From Callorhinchus milii (taxonomy: Eukaryota), in the NCBI RefSeq assembly GCF_018977255.1, contig NW_024705592.1, positions 1 through 32,682 on the forward strand: DNA of 32,682 bases, in the 5' to 3' direction. Under the pieces are notes generated by a model. It did not search any database. It worked only from the letters and a program-made list of their open reading frames with translations, and was not told the DNA's origin. The position numbers and the translations under genes were made by a program. Shown here one piece after another: positions 9,025-19,079 of this stretch (position 1 is its first letter; every line of letters starts with the position of its first letter).

Positions 9025-11285
9025 TCATCTGTATCTGTGTATGTGCTTGTGCATGTCTCTCTTGAATCTTTCTCTCTCAGTCTCTATATGTCTCTGTCTG
9101 TGCACAAGTGTATGGTATGAGTGTGTGTTTATCTCTCTCTGTATCGTTGGTTCTGTACCTTTGTGCTTGTGTGTGTATGTGTGTTTGTGTGTGTTTAGGT
9201 ATGTATAGGTGGGTGTCTATATGTTTGTGTCCATTGTCTGTGTCTGTATATGGTTCGTCTCCCGCTCTCTGTTAGTATCTCTCTCTTCACCTGTGTGTAT
9301 TTCTCTCTGTCTGTCTGAATTTCCCTCTATGTGTACCTGTATGTATCCCTCTGTGTGCTCTGTCTCTCCCTCTGTCTATATGCATCGCTCTCTTTTACTG
9401 TCTACTTCTCTCTGTCTGTCTGTGTGTGTATCTATCTCTGTATTTGTGTAGCCCTCTCTATCTGCATTTCTCCCTGTTTGTCTGTCTATCTGTATCTCTG
9501 TGTGTGTGTATTTCTCACCGTGTTCTTGTTCTTCTGTATCTCTCTGATCTTGCACATATCTCTCTGTGTGTATCTCCCTCTCTCTGTATTATTCTATCTG
9601 TTTGTATGTGTGTTTGTATCTGTGTGTGTCAAACTATCTCTCCCTGTATCTATCATCACCTGTGTGCCTACGCATCTGTGAGTGTGCACAGGTGTCTGTG
9701 TATCTCTTTCTTTCTCTCTCACATTGTGTGTATGTATCTCTCTCTCTCTCTGCTTGTGTGTCTGTTAGTGTTTCATTCATTGAATCTATCTGACTGTGTG
9801 TGTATATCTATGTGTGTGTTTGGGTGTGTGTGTGTAACTCCCTATCTCTGTATCTATCTCTGTCTGCGTGTGTCTCTGTATCTCTTTCTTTCTGTTTTTC
9901 TGTGCATGTGTATGCATATGTGTCGATATGTTTATGTGTACACACATTTCTGTGTAATTGTCTCTGTGTATGTGTTTCAGTGTGTGTATATCTCTGTGTG
10001 TGTATATGTCTCTATGTGTGTATATGACTGTCTGTGTGTGAGTGTCTATTTTTTGTGTGTGTATGTGAATATTTCTCTCGGGTGTTTATATGTGCGTATG
10101 TGTGTACGTCTCTATGTCTTTGTGTGTCTGTATGTGTATCTATGTGTGTGTGTGTGTTGATGGAGAGGCACTGTCACACACCACACTTTACCAGGCCTCA
10201 GTGGTCGAGAGCAGACATTGTGTGGTTCTCTGTCCTGTGACAGCTATGATGAAGTTAAGAGAGTGACACACAGATCACATCATTTTCAGAAACATCCTTC
10301 TCATTCTCACTCTATCTGCCTTTGTGTGTCCCTGTGTTTGGGTGTAGCACTGTCTGTCTGTTCTCTTTTTCTGTATGTTTCCCTATATGTGTGTCTCGCT
10401 CTGCCCTTAACTCTCTCTCAACCTTTCTGCCTGTCTGTCTGTGTGAATATCTCTCTGTGTGTATCTCACTCTGTCTGTATCTGTGCGTGTCCGTGAGTGT
10501 GCCCCGGTATCTCTCTCTCTCTCCTCTCTCTGCCTATATGTGTGTGTATCTGTGTGTGTGTGTCTGTTGCCCTGTCTCTCTGGGTCTGTGTATGTTTAGT
10601 TCTCTGTGTCTCTCCTTTGTCTCTGTGATTCTGCGTGTGAGTTTATCTCTCTGTGTCCCTGTCTCTGTCTCTCTCTGGCGGAATGAGTGTGCATCTGTCT
10701 GTGTCTCTGTCTCCCTCTCTGTATCTGTGTGTGTGTGTATCTTTCTCTATATGTATATATGTGTGTGTGTGTATGTTTTCTCTCTCTCTCGCTCACTCTG
10801 TATAATCAGTATCTCTGTCTCTGTATGTTTGTATATGGTTCATCTCCCGCTCTCACTGTTATTATCTCTCTGTACACCTGTGTGTATTTCTCTCTGTCTG
10901 TATGTGTGCCTCTGTATCTGTGTCTGTTTGTCAGTGCATTCCTCTCTCTGTGTCTGTGTATCTATCAGTCTGTTTGTTTGTGTACCCCTCCATCTCCCTT
11001 TGTCAGTGTGCATGTGTGTCTCCCTCTGTATTTATCTTCAAATTTGTCTCTCTGTATCTCTCGGACTGTATGTATACATCTGTGTATGTGTCTCTGTGTC
11101 CCTCTCTCTATATTTATCTCTGTCTGTGTATGTATGTATTTGTGTATGTCTATTTGTGTATGTATGTCTAGGTGTGCGTGTTTGTATGTGTGTAGGTGTA
11201 TGTGTCTGTATGTGAGTGTGTGTGTCTATTTGACTTTCTGAGTACGTGTGTGTGTGTGTGTGTGTGACTTTGTGTGTCAATGTGT
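9025..11285 (+). repeat. Long degenerate (TG)/(TC) tract interrupted by an ~85-bp unique block (10160-10245) that is duplicated at 11292-11377
   Basis: Low-complexity TG/TC sequence. CACACACCA(C/G)ACTTTACCAGGCCTCAGTGG...GAGCAGACATT...CCTGTGACAGC occurs twice. Confidence 0.9.
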
Positions 11286-11387
11286 GTAGATATGGAGGTG
11301 GTGGCACACACCAGACTTTACCAGGCCTCAGTGGCCCAGAGCAGACATTTTGTTGTATCCGGGCCTGTGACAGCCATTTTGAGGGGC

Positions 11388-11790
11388 TGTTTCTCTGTTC
11401 ATGAAGATATAAACCGCTGGTCTGGTCTGTGTGGGTAACGCCCTGATTGTGGCGACATGAGCGAACTCACTACAGCATGGTTTTCCAACTCAAATTAACA
11501 GGATTTACACCAAATCTACATTCTCAACCATCTGATTGTCAGTGGAAGGAACGGCCCCAGTTTGAACTGTTGCTATTTGTTGATGGTATATTTGAGTTGT
11601 GTTTGATTTACATGTTATTTTTGCCCTTTGCTCTCGTGCTGTGACTGTCAGCAACAGAGAGGAACAAGAGGCTGTGAGTTCAGCTCTGCACATCCTGTGG
11701 TTAGTTATCCCGGCGCATGGTTTCCTGTCTTTCTGTACAAGCAATGAAACAAATGCAGAACAAGAAGCCGGGGCTTTAGTTGATGATTGA
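11388..11790 (+). repeat. ~400-bp non-coding element, copy 3 of 3
   Basis: Collinear with copies 1 and 2. TGTGGTT at 11696-11702, TTTCCTG at 11721-11727. Confidence 0.9.
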
Positions 11791-12229
11791 ACTTGATTAT
11801 ACAACCTAAGATGCTATTTCGGATTGAAGGACTGATGAACCATGATTTGGATAGCAATAAACCCTCGGTGGAATCTTAGGTTTCATCACAGGGCTAAACA
11901 TGTTTCTCCCAGTGTTATGGATAAAAATCCCACAAATACAATTGGTTACTCACTTCAATCTATTCGAAGGCCATTGCTGTTTCCTATTTGGCTGATGTGT
12001 TTGCCTACAAAATCTCGTGAAGCAGTTAGTGATGTCCTCTTGGTGTGAATGGTACCATGTAAATGTAATATGTAATAATGCAAAAATAATAGTAAATATT
12101 AGCAGCAGTAATAGTATTACAATAGAAAATTACAAAATTACATTTGTGCATCGCCTTTCACCCAAGATGCTCTCCATAGAATTAGCAATGGAAGAGTCGT
12201 ATAAATTACGAGCTGTTGCTGTTACCAAA

Positions 12230-13275
12230 TAGACCAAATGGGAGACAGAAAGCAGAGAGCGCTGATGAACAGTTGTTTTTCTGTCTGGAGGGAAGTGTGC
12301 AGTGTTATGCCCCAGGGTGGGGGTCGGAGGGGGTCGGTTGTGGGACCATTGGTGTGTTTTTATCTGTATAAATAACGTGGACATGGGTATAGGGAGTACA
12401 GTTTGCAAGTTTCCAGTTGATACTAATCTAGGACAAGTAGCAAACAGTGAGGAGGATAGTAACAGACTGCAAGAGGTAATAGACAGACTGGTATAATGGG
12501 CAGACATGTGGCAGATGAAGATTAATGTGGAGAAATGCGAAGTGATGTGTTTTGGGAGGAAGACCGGAAATATAAGCTGATGGTACAATCTTAAAGGGGG
12601 TGAAGGAACAGAGAGACCTTGGAGTTCATATAAGTAACTCTTTGAATGTGGCAGGTCAGGTAAAGGTCTTTTTAAAAAGCGTTCGGCTACTTGGCTTTAT
12701 AAATAGGGGCATAGAGTACAATATTCAGAACGTTATGTTGAACCTTAATAAAACACTGGTCAGGTCTCAGCTGGAGACTGTTCAGTTCTGGGCACCACAC
12801 TTGAGTTACCTCTCAAGGTATTGGAAAAGGTGCAAAGTAGATTGCAATGAGCGACTTCAGTTATCAGGAGAGGTGAGAAAAGCTGGGATTATTCTCCTTG
12901 GAACAGAGAAAGATAAGAGGAGACTCAAGGGAAGTTTTCAAAATTATGAGGGAATATGATGAACGAGGAGAAACTGTTTCTACTGGCGGGTGGGTCGGTA
13001 CCTGAGTACACTGATTAAAAATAGATGTTAAAGAAATAGAGGTGAGTTGACGTTTTTTTAGACACAGCGAGTTGTTGGAATCTGGAATCTATTGGCTGAA
13101 AGGCTGGGGGAAGCCGATTCGATAACAACTTTTATTTTAGAGAGAAGTAGGTAATTATTTGAGGAGGATATGTTTGCAGGACTATGGGGAGAGGACTTGG
13201 ATAGCTCTTTTCAAAGAGCTGGAACAGGCATTATGGGCTATCTCTTCTCTGCTGTACAATTCTATGATTCTATGA
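12230..13275 (+). mobile_element. CR1-clade LINE, 5'-truncated and degenerate (RT C-terminal part plus 3' UTR)
   Basis: Reads DRKQR..N.CFS.WREV.S..PQG...GP, KFPVDTNLG (cf. KFADDTKLG), RLQEVIDRL, WADMWQMK.NVEKCEVM.FG, EQRDLGV, LVRSQLE..VQFWAPH. Ends in the CR1 octamer tail TTCTATGATTCTATGA (13260-13275), with a 3' UTR hairpin AGCTCTTT-TC-AAAGAGCT. Confidence 0.9.
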
Positions 13276-13649
13276 AATTGGCTGATGCATTCACCTCCGA
13301 AATACAAATTAACAACAATTCACAGTGAACGGGAGGTGCTTTGAGACATCCTCCTCACTTGAAAGAAACCAAACGCAACAAAAATTAGTAAATTTGTCCT
13401 ACTTCAGTCAGAAATATGAATGTGCTTAAATCCTGTTTGTTTCTCTGACTTACAGTTTACTTCATTTGCAGGATAAATGTCCAATATGAGAAAGATGGAA
13501 TGTCATTGGACACGCAAGCCTGATGGCATTGTCTGATCGATCACGTTTGGATTCCCTGTTCGACTTGTAAACGTTGTTCTACAATAAACATAAATAAGGC
13601 TCAACACCTGTCACAAAACCCACCACCAGCTCGGCTGCACTTAGCAGCA

Positions 13650-14025
13650 ATGAAACGCCTTGTTGGAACATTGTTGGGAAAGAGGAAACAAAACTCTGAA
13701 ACACCGAGACACGAAAAACCTGATGAATCAATGAAATGGTCACCATCACCACAACCAAATAAATCCACATCTGGTGGGAACGAAACAACGAACACATTTG
13801 GAGTTGCCCAAACACATTGTGATATGGTTCCAAATCATAACCCGTCTTCCAGCACTTTCGGTGGGTCGAGTGTGATGCCCTCCGCGGAAACTGAACCGAT
13901 TGCCAGTGCAGAGGGTGATATAATGATATGCGGTGTGGATCACACACCTGTCAACACATCAAAAGGCAATGTCTTCTCCTTACCTGCCTTTGAGGAAAGT
14001 CTTAAAGAGATGATAACGAACAAAG
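13650..14025 (+). CDS. NLR gene, first coding exon (acceptor at 13471/13472); S/T/P/N-rich, probably disordered N-terminus
   Basis: Acceptor TTACTTCATTTGCAG|G, ATG 13650 with purine at -3, open frame to donor AAAG|GTAAAT at 14026. Phase 1 fits the next exon (G|GT = Gly). Confidence 0.6.
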
Positions 14026-14309
14026 GTAAATAGTTTATTAATTACTTTTACACACAAACACATACGTTCATCTCACCGGCCTTGGAACTGGGAGACCAGT
14101 CAATGTCTATTTCGATTGAGCAAACTCCCAGTTTGTTTAATGGAAGATCTGGGACTTTTTCACAGTTCATAAACCAAATCCCAGGTGATGACAAACCAGC
14201 CAGCCTGGCAGATGGGCAAGTCTTGCAGTGAAAGACCAGTCTTAGTGGAATGAATTATTCCAAATCAGCTCCTCTTAACGCTGCAAAACAAAGCATTTAT
14301 TGGTGGAAA

Positions 14310-14710
14310 GGATACAATCCACATGCGGATGACACTCAAATCTGCTTCTCCGCCTCCTGCCTCTCCTGCAGTTACGTCTCCCAGTCTGCTAATGCCCTGT
14401 CAGTTTGTCAGACAACCAACAAGGCCTGGATGAGCACAAACTTCCTGCAGCTGAATGTCAGCAAGACGGAACCCATACTATTCGCCTTCTGGCAACATCT
14501 CCGTTCCTGTGGGTCCGAACTCCTCAACCTCCCCAGGATTTCAACAAAGCTGTGCGCAACCTAGGAGTCAGGGTCCATCAACAGCTATCTTTCTCCCACA
14601 CATCCGTTCACTGACCAGGACCGATTTTTCCCACTTCTGCCACATTGCCCGCCTCTGTCCATACCTCACACCCACAAAAGCCAAAACCTTCATGCACACC
14701 TTTGCCATAG
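14310..14710 (+). mobile_element. L2-clade LINE RT fragment
   Basis: HADDTQI (cf. YADDTQL), WMSTNFLQLNVSKTE, VRNLGV, LSF..HI, HIARLCPYL..KAKTFMHTF. Confidence 0.85.
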
Positions 14711-14719
14711 CGACTGTGA

Positions 14720-15010
14720 GTCCTGTGGGCGAATTTGACGATATCCACGTATTAATGTCACTCAAACAGCCATGCAGTGAGAGACCAATTTTATTTGGGG
14801 ATTTGTTATCCAGGACATCAGGAGACGCTCTCTTTTCTTTAATAACTACCAAAGCATCAACAAATGGACTCTGGTTTAGTACGTTGTATGAAAGATGGCA
14901 GCTCAGCAGCAAAGGATACCCCAGCAATGTGACCTGCATTGCAGTGAGAGGATATGAGTTCCTTTTCACGCTGTGCGGCTTGGATCGGCAAAATTCCGAC
15001 TCTGGCATTA
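14720..15010 (-). mobile_element. Old L2-like RT fragment (antisense)
   Basis: Minus-strand frame contains LHGCLSDINTWISSN, resembling the L2 motif CLSDI..WM..N. Upstream motifs are heavily decayed. Confidence 0.45.
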
Positions 15011-15038
15011 ATATGTTCAACTTCGTAGATTCAATAAA

Positions 15039-15160
15039 TGCGTTCAAAATTATGAGGGGTTCTGATGGTTCAGAGAGGGAATAACTGTTTCCTCTGGTGG
15101 CTGGTTGGGTAACCAGGGGACACAGACTTAAGGTAATAGGCAAATGAACCAGAGGGAAGT
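15039..15160 (+). mobile_element. CR1 LINE ORF2 C-terminal fragment
   Basis: AFKIMRG.D...RE.LFPLVAGWVTRGHRLKVIGK, homologous to 12935-13030. Confidence 0.8.
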
Positions 15161-15194
15161 ACTGCAGTGATTGTCAGGTTGGTCTATGAGGTCG

Positions 15195-15273
15195 AAGCCC
15201 TAATGTGGAGCTTGAACCCACAACCTTCTGTCTCAGGAGCGAGAATGACACCAACTTAGCCAGGCTGACAGCT
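15195..15273 (-). mobile_element. tRNA-derived (SacSINE1/DeuSINE-like) SINE head, antisense
   Basis: Reverse complement GTCAGCCTGGCTAAGTTGG...GAGACAGAAGGTTGTGGGTTCAAGCTCCAC has A and B boxes and matches the head at 16725-16775. Confidence 0.7.
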
Positions 15274-15427
15274 GTCGGATGGTAGCTATTAAATGGTGTT
15301 TTAAGATAATGGATGTTGGTTTATTCTGAACTTTTGCAACAATAAATCTGGTAATATTTCCTGAAATATATTTCAAGTAACAAAAGTTAAATCATGTCTG
15401 ACTAATGTTTTTTATCGTTTGCTGAAG

Positions 15428-15594
15428 GTATAACCACCTTATTCCCTGAGACCCTGGCCCTGTACGATGATCACCGGCTGCATCAACTGACAGAGTTCTG
15501 CCGAGACAGATTGGAACAGGCCATTGAGGAAGGCGTGGAGGACATCAGCTCAAAGCTGACAGAGAAGGAATGTTTCAGCCACCAGGAACACAGT
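15428..15594 (+). CDS. NLR gene, coding exon 2 (helical CARD/death-fold-like region, part 1)
   Basis: Acceptor TTTTTATCGTTTGCTGAAG|, donor AGT|GTAGGT. Translates ITTLFPETLALYDDHRLHQLTEFCRDRLEQAIEEGVEDISSKLTEKECFSHQEHS, which I recognise as the N-terminal segment of cartilaginous-fish NLRs. Phase 1 to 0. Confidence 0.85.
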
Positions 15595-15799
15595 GTAGGT
15601 TTGAGTCAGGAGATTTCCCTTTCATTTGCTAAACTCTCAGCCAGTCTGTGCCTGTCTGCACGGCTCATGTGCAGCTATTATCAGGAAATCAGCAGAATGG
15701 CAATCAAAACTTAACCAAACAGATATGTCATAATACAGGACATGCACTATATGATTGTAGTGGAGCAGTACTGCACAGTGTCAGACGTGTCTGTTTATG

Positions 15800-15930
15800 T
15801 AGCGTTTCAATAGCGCCGTTCACGTGGCGAGACAGTCTCAAGGCACTGACAGTTGAAAGTTAGAGCCCGAGCTGAATTTGGGAGGGGAAGGGGAGGGAAG
15901 GTGATCAAAGGCATAGTCACAGAGGAAAGC
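15800..15930 (-). mobile_element. L2/SINE 3' end remnant (antisense)
   Basis: ATAGCGCCGTTCACGTGGCGAGACAGTCTCAAGGCACTG is the reverse complement of the shared tail, followed by a G-rich segment. Confidence 0.55.
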
Positions 15931-16051
15931 AGTTTGTGGAAGGAATAGATAGGAAATCCAGCCAAGCCATCAATGGAGTTGACTGTTGCTGATCACTGTC
16001 ACTGCTCATGTTTCACTCCAACTTCAACACATTATTGCTCACTCTCTGCAG

Positions 16052-16223
16052 AAACTCACTGAGCTCACACACAGTGGGCGGAAGACAGAAAGCTCGAAAT
16101 TTCTTCTGAACCTGGTGATGGGGAAAGGTTCCCAGGCTCTGAGAGGGATGTGGGAATCCTTTGTGGAAATGAGGTCCACTTTGCCCAAACTGAACAAAAT
16201 TATGACTGAAATACAGGAACAAG
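16052..16223 (+). CDS. NLR gene, coding exon 3 (CARD-like region, part 2)
   Basis: Acceptor CTCACTCTCTGCAG|, donor AAG|GTAATG. KLTELTHSGRKTESSKFLLNLVMGKGSQALRGMWESFVEMRSTLPKLNKIMTEIQEQ shows the CARD-like LL.LV..KG..A...F pattern. Phase 0 to 1. Confidence 0.88.
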
Positions 16224-16332
16224 GTAATGTGTGATGATACACTGTCTCTCCATTCTGTGGTGAGTTACACATCTTACTCAAATATTGAGACAAAGTTCGT
16301 TCAAACTAGTAATATTAACTCTGTTCAAACAG

Positions 16333-16398
16333 GTGCCAGTCTAGTGGATGAGGTGGCCATTGACCGCAGTGTACCAGACGTCCCCGCTGATATGATAG
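16333..16398 (+). CDS. NLR gene, coding exon 4 (linker)
   Basis: Acceptor CTCTGTTCAAACAG|, donor ATAG|GTATAT. 66 nt, phase 1-1, GASLVDEVAIDRSVPDVPADMI. Confidence 0.75.
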
Positions 16399-16724
16399 GT
16401 ATATGGCAATGACAAGATTCAAGCCAGTCAATCACTTCTGAAATACACAGTTGAACACTTTTCCATCTACTTGATGATTTTCAGAAAAATTCAAATGAGG
16501 AGGAGTGTATGAGGCAGATAAAGAGGGAGAGGAGGGGAGAGGGGAGTATTGAAAATGAGGAGGGAGGGGAATGATCCTTATTCGATTCTTACATTATTTC
16601 AACAAATATTGATTTGCAATGATTTTTCTCAAAATAAATTAGAGATGACGTCTCACAAGTCGTCATATAGTGGCCTGAAAATCTCCCATTGTGTGCATGG
16701 AATTCAGATTGTTTAACCCTTGTT

Positions 16725-17125
16725 TGCCTGGCACAATTGGTGTTCGTTTTGTCTCGGAGTCAGAAGCTGTGGGTTCACGTTCATATCAACCGGATGAGTT
16801 GACACTCCAGTGCAGTTCTGGGATATGTGCATTGTTGGAGATGCCGCTATTGGGATATAACACCGAGGTCATGTCTACCTTTTCAGGTGGACATTAAAAA
16901 CCTCACAATACTATTTGAAAAGAGGGAGTTTCTTTCTCCGGTTTCCTGGTCAAAATCTCTCAAATAAATGTGGTCAATCACTTCACGGCTGCGTGTGGGA
17001 CATCGCTGTGCACAAATTAGCTGCTGTGTTTGCCAACAAAACAAAGCCACTACACCTAACAGTAAATCTAGCAGCGCTTTAGGTAGTCCTTCTGCCTTGA
17101 AAGGCCATGAATGATTCTAAGTATT
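16725..17125 (+). mobile_element. Near full-length old DeuSINE (SacSINE1-like)
   Basis: tRNA-like head (GAGTCAGAAGCTGTGGGTTCA), Deu-domain-like core (TGACACTCCAGTGCAGT, CAGGTGGACATTAAAA, ACTATTTGAA, TGTGGGACATCGCTGTGCACAAATTAGCTGC) and a decayed L2-type tail. Confidence 0.75.
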
Positions 17126-17189
17126 ATTGTCTAATAAAGCTTAATAATTCTTCTATTTACTTTATGAATTTGTAATGTTCAACATGAAG

Positions 17190-18971
17190 CTATTCAGCGA
17201 CTGCACAAGGAGACGTTACAGAAACAATATGAGAAACTGGAGGTGAAGACCATCCTGATACAGGAGAAGGTGAAGTCGTTTCAGTTGGTTGATCTCTACA
17301 CGGAGTTAACAATTATTTCTGATGTGCGTGACCGGGAACTCGTAGAACATGAGCTGCTGGCGAGAGGCAGAGACCACGAGGAATGGAGACAGAAGCAACT
17401 CCGAGGAGAGCTGGAAAAAATTCGAACTGATAAACTATTCCACAGCAGCTTCTCAAAAGGAAGTCATTTACCTTCCTCCCAGGGAAGAAGTTCTAACTCT
17501 CGCACAGGGATTTCCGCAGTAGTGAGTGGAGTGGCTGGGATTGGAAAAACAACCATGGTACAAAAGATTGTCCATGACTGGGCCACAGGCAAAATCTATC
17601 CTCACTTCCACTTTGTTTTTGTTTTTAAATTCCGAGACCTAAACAGACTTCACGACAGACCAACCCTGAGCCGTCTGATCGTGGAGCAGTATCCTTACCT
17701 CAGGGATGTTCTGGATGAGCTGTGGAAACACCCAGAGACATTGCTCTTTATATTTGATGGTTTGGATGAATTCAGGGCAAGGATTGATTTCGGTGACAGT
17801 CGGAGAGACACAGAGCCTCAGCGCAGGTGCACAGACCCTGAATTCCTTTGTGATGTATCTGACATTGTGTACAGTTTAATGCAGAAAAGCTGCTGCCAGG
17901 CTGCTCAGTGCTGGTGACCAGCCGCCCCACTGCATTACAGTTACTGGGAAAGGCTCAGGTCAGTGTCTGGGCTGAAATCCTGGGATTTGTGGGTGAAGAG
18001 AGAAGGGAATATTTTCACAAGTTCTTTGAAGATCAGGAGGTGGCGGCTGCTGTTTACAGCCACGTGGAGGAGAACGAGCTCCTGCTCACCATGTGCTACA
18101 ACCCGTCCTACTGCTGGATCCTCGCTCTGTCTCTGGGTCCCTTCTTTACACGGAAACACAGCAACAAACAGCGAGTTCCCAAGACCATCACACAACTCTT
18201 CTCCTATTATATTTATAACATACTATCACATCACAGTGTCAAGATGGAAAGCCCCCGTGATGTGATGCTGAAGATTGGTGAGATGGCCTTCACTGGAGTC
18301 TCCCAGAGAAACATTGTCTTTAATGATGAAGATCTGATCAAATATAACCTCCAGCCTTCCCAGTTCCTCTCTGGGTTTCTCATGGAACTTGTGGAGAGAG
18401 AGTCTTCAGAGCACAGCGTGGTCTACACATTCCCGCACCTCACCATCCAGGAGTTTGTAGCCGCACTCGCTCAGTTTCTGCCTCAAAATCCAGGAAATCT
18501 GCGGAAACTCCTGAATGAAGCTCACAGGGAGGAGGACGGCCGGTTTGAGATATTCCTGCGCTTTGTTGCGGGTCTCTCCTCCCCACGGGCAGCTCAGCCA
18601 CTGGAGGAGTTTCTGGGGCCATTTGTCCATCAGACAACCTGCGCTGTGATCGAATGGCTGAAGGGAAGAGTTAAAGCTGAGATGCAAAACAACAAGAGCG
18701 ACCGTGGGAAAAGGAATCTGCTGAACACACTCCACTATCTGTTTGAGTCTCAGAATCAAACCCTGGCACAGCAAACACTGGGCTCTGTACAAAGAATAAC
18801 ATTGGGTGGCGGCTCTTCAAAGATGACACTGACACCGATAGACTGTGTTGTGCTGTCTCAAGCCATTGCACTGTGTGACACAATAAAACAACTGGAACTG
18901 AGTCACTGCAACATTCATGATGAGGGTCTCCAGCGTCTGGTTCCAGCTTTGTACAAATGTCAGGAGTTGCA
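17190..18971 (+). CDS. NLR gene, large exon: FISNA-like, NACHT, HD1/WH/HD2 and first LRR; 1-nt frameshift at 17885-17888
   Basis: Walker A GVAGIGKT (17528-17551), Walker B LLFIFDGLDE, sensor-1 VLVTSR, CYNPSYCWI, FPHLTIQEFVAA, DGRFEIFLRFVAGL, LHYLFESQ, LTPIDCVVLS, LELSHCNIHDEGLQRL. Acceptor AAG|CT (phase 1), donor TGCA|GTAAGT (phase 2). ORFs 17243-17917 and 17908-18975 join if one A is added. Confidence 0.95.
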
Positions 18972-19079
18972 GTAAGTTATTTTTGTAAATATTATTCTTA
19001 TTTCAAAGCCATTCTAGAGGACTTTAGTGACATTCTTTAGTGACATTAAACACCAGATGATCAATGGGAGAATGGTATC

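Noticed and set aside
7963..11307. Many Cys/Val/Leu/Ser-rich or His/Thr-rich ORFs (likewise at 19027-25279 and 26077-31297)
   Set aside because: Artefacts of TG, TC and GA low-complexity DNA.
12600..12959. 119-aa ORF as a host gene or active reverse transcriptase
   Set aside because: Part of a 5'-truncated CR1 with stops, frameshifts and a mutated catalytic motif (FPVD in place of FADD).
17878..17895. Programmed -1 ribosomal frameshift rescuing the NACHT frame
   Set aside because: G CAG AAA AGC is not an X XXY YYZ slippery heptamer, and a second independent indel exists downstream. Error or mutation is simpler.
17190..18971. Gene symbol NLRP3, NLRC3 or NOD1/2
   Set aside because: The motifs identify an NLR of a lineage-expanded type. 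Orthology cannot be assigned without phylogeny, and no PYD is recognisable.
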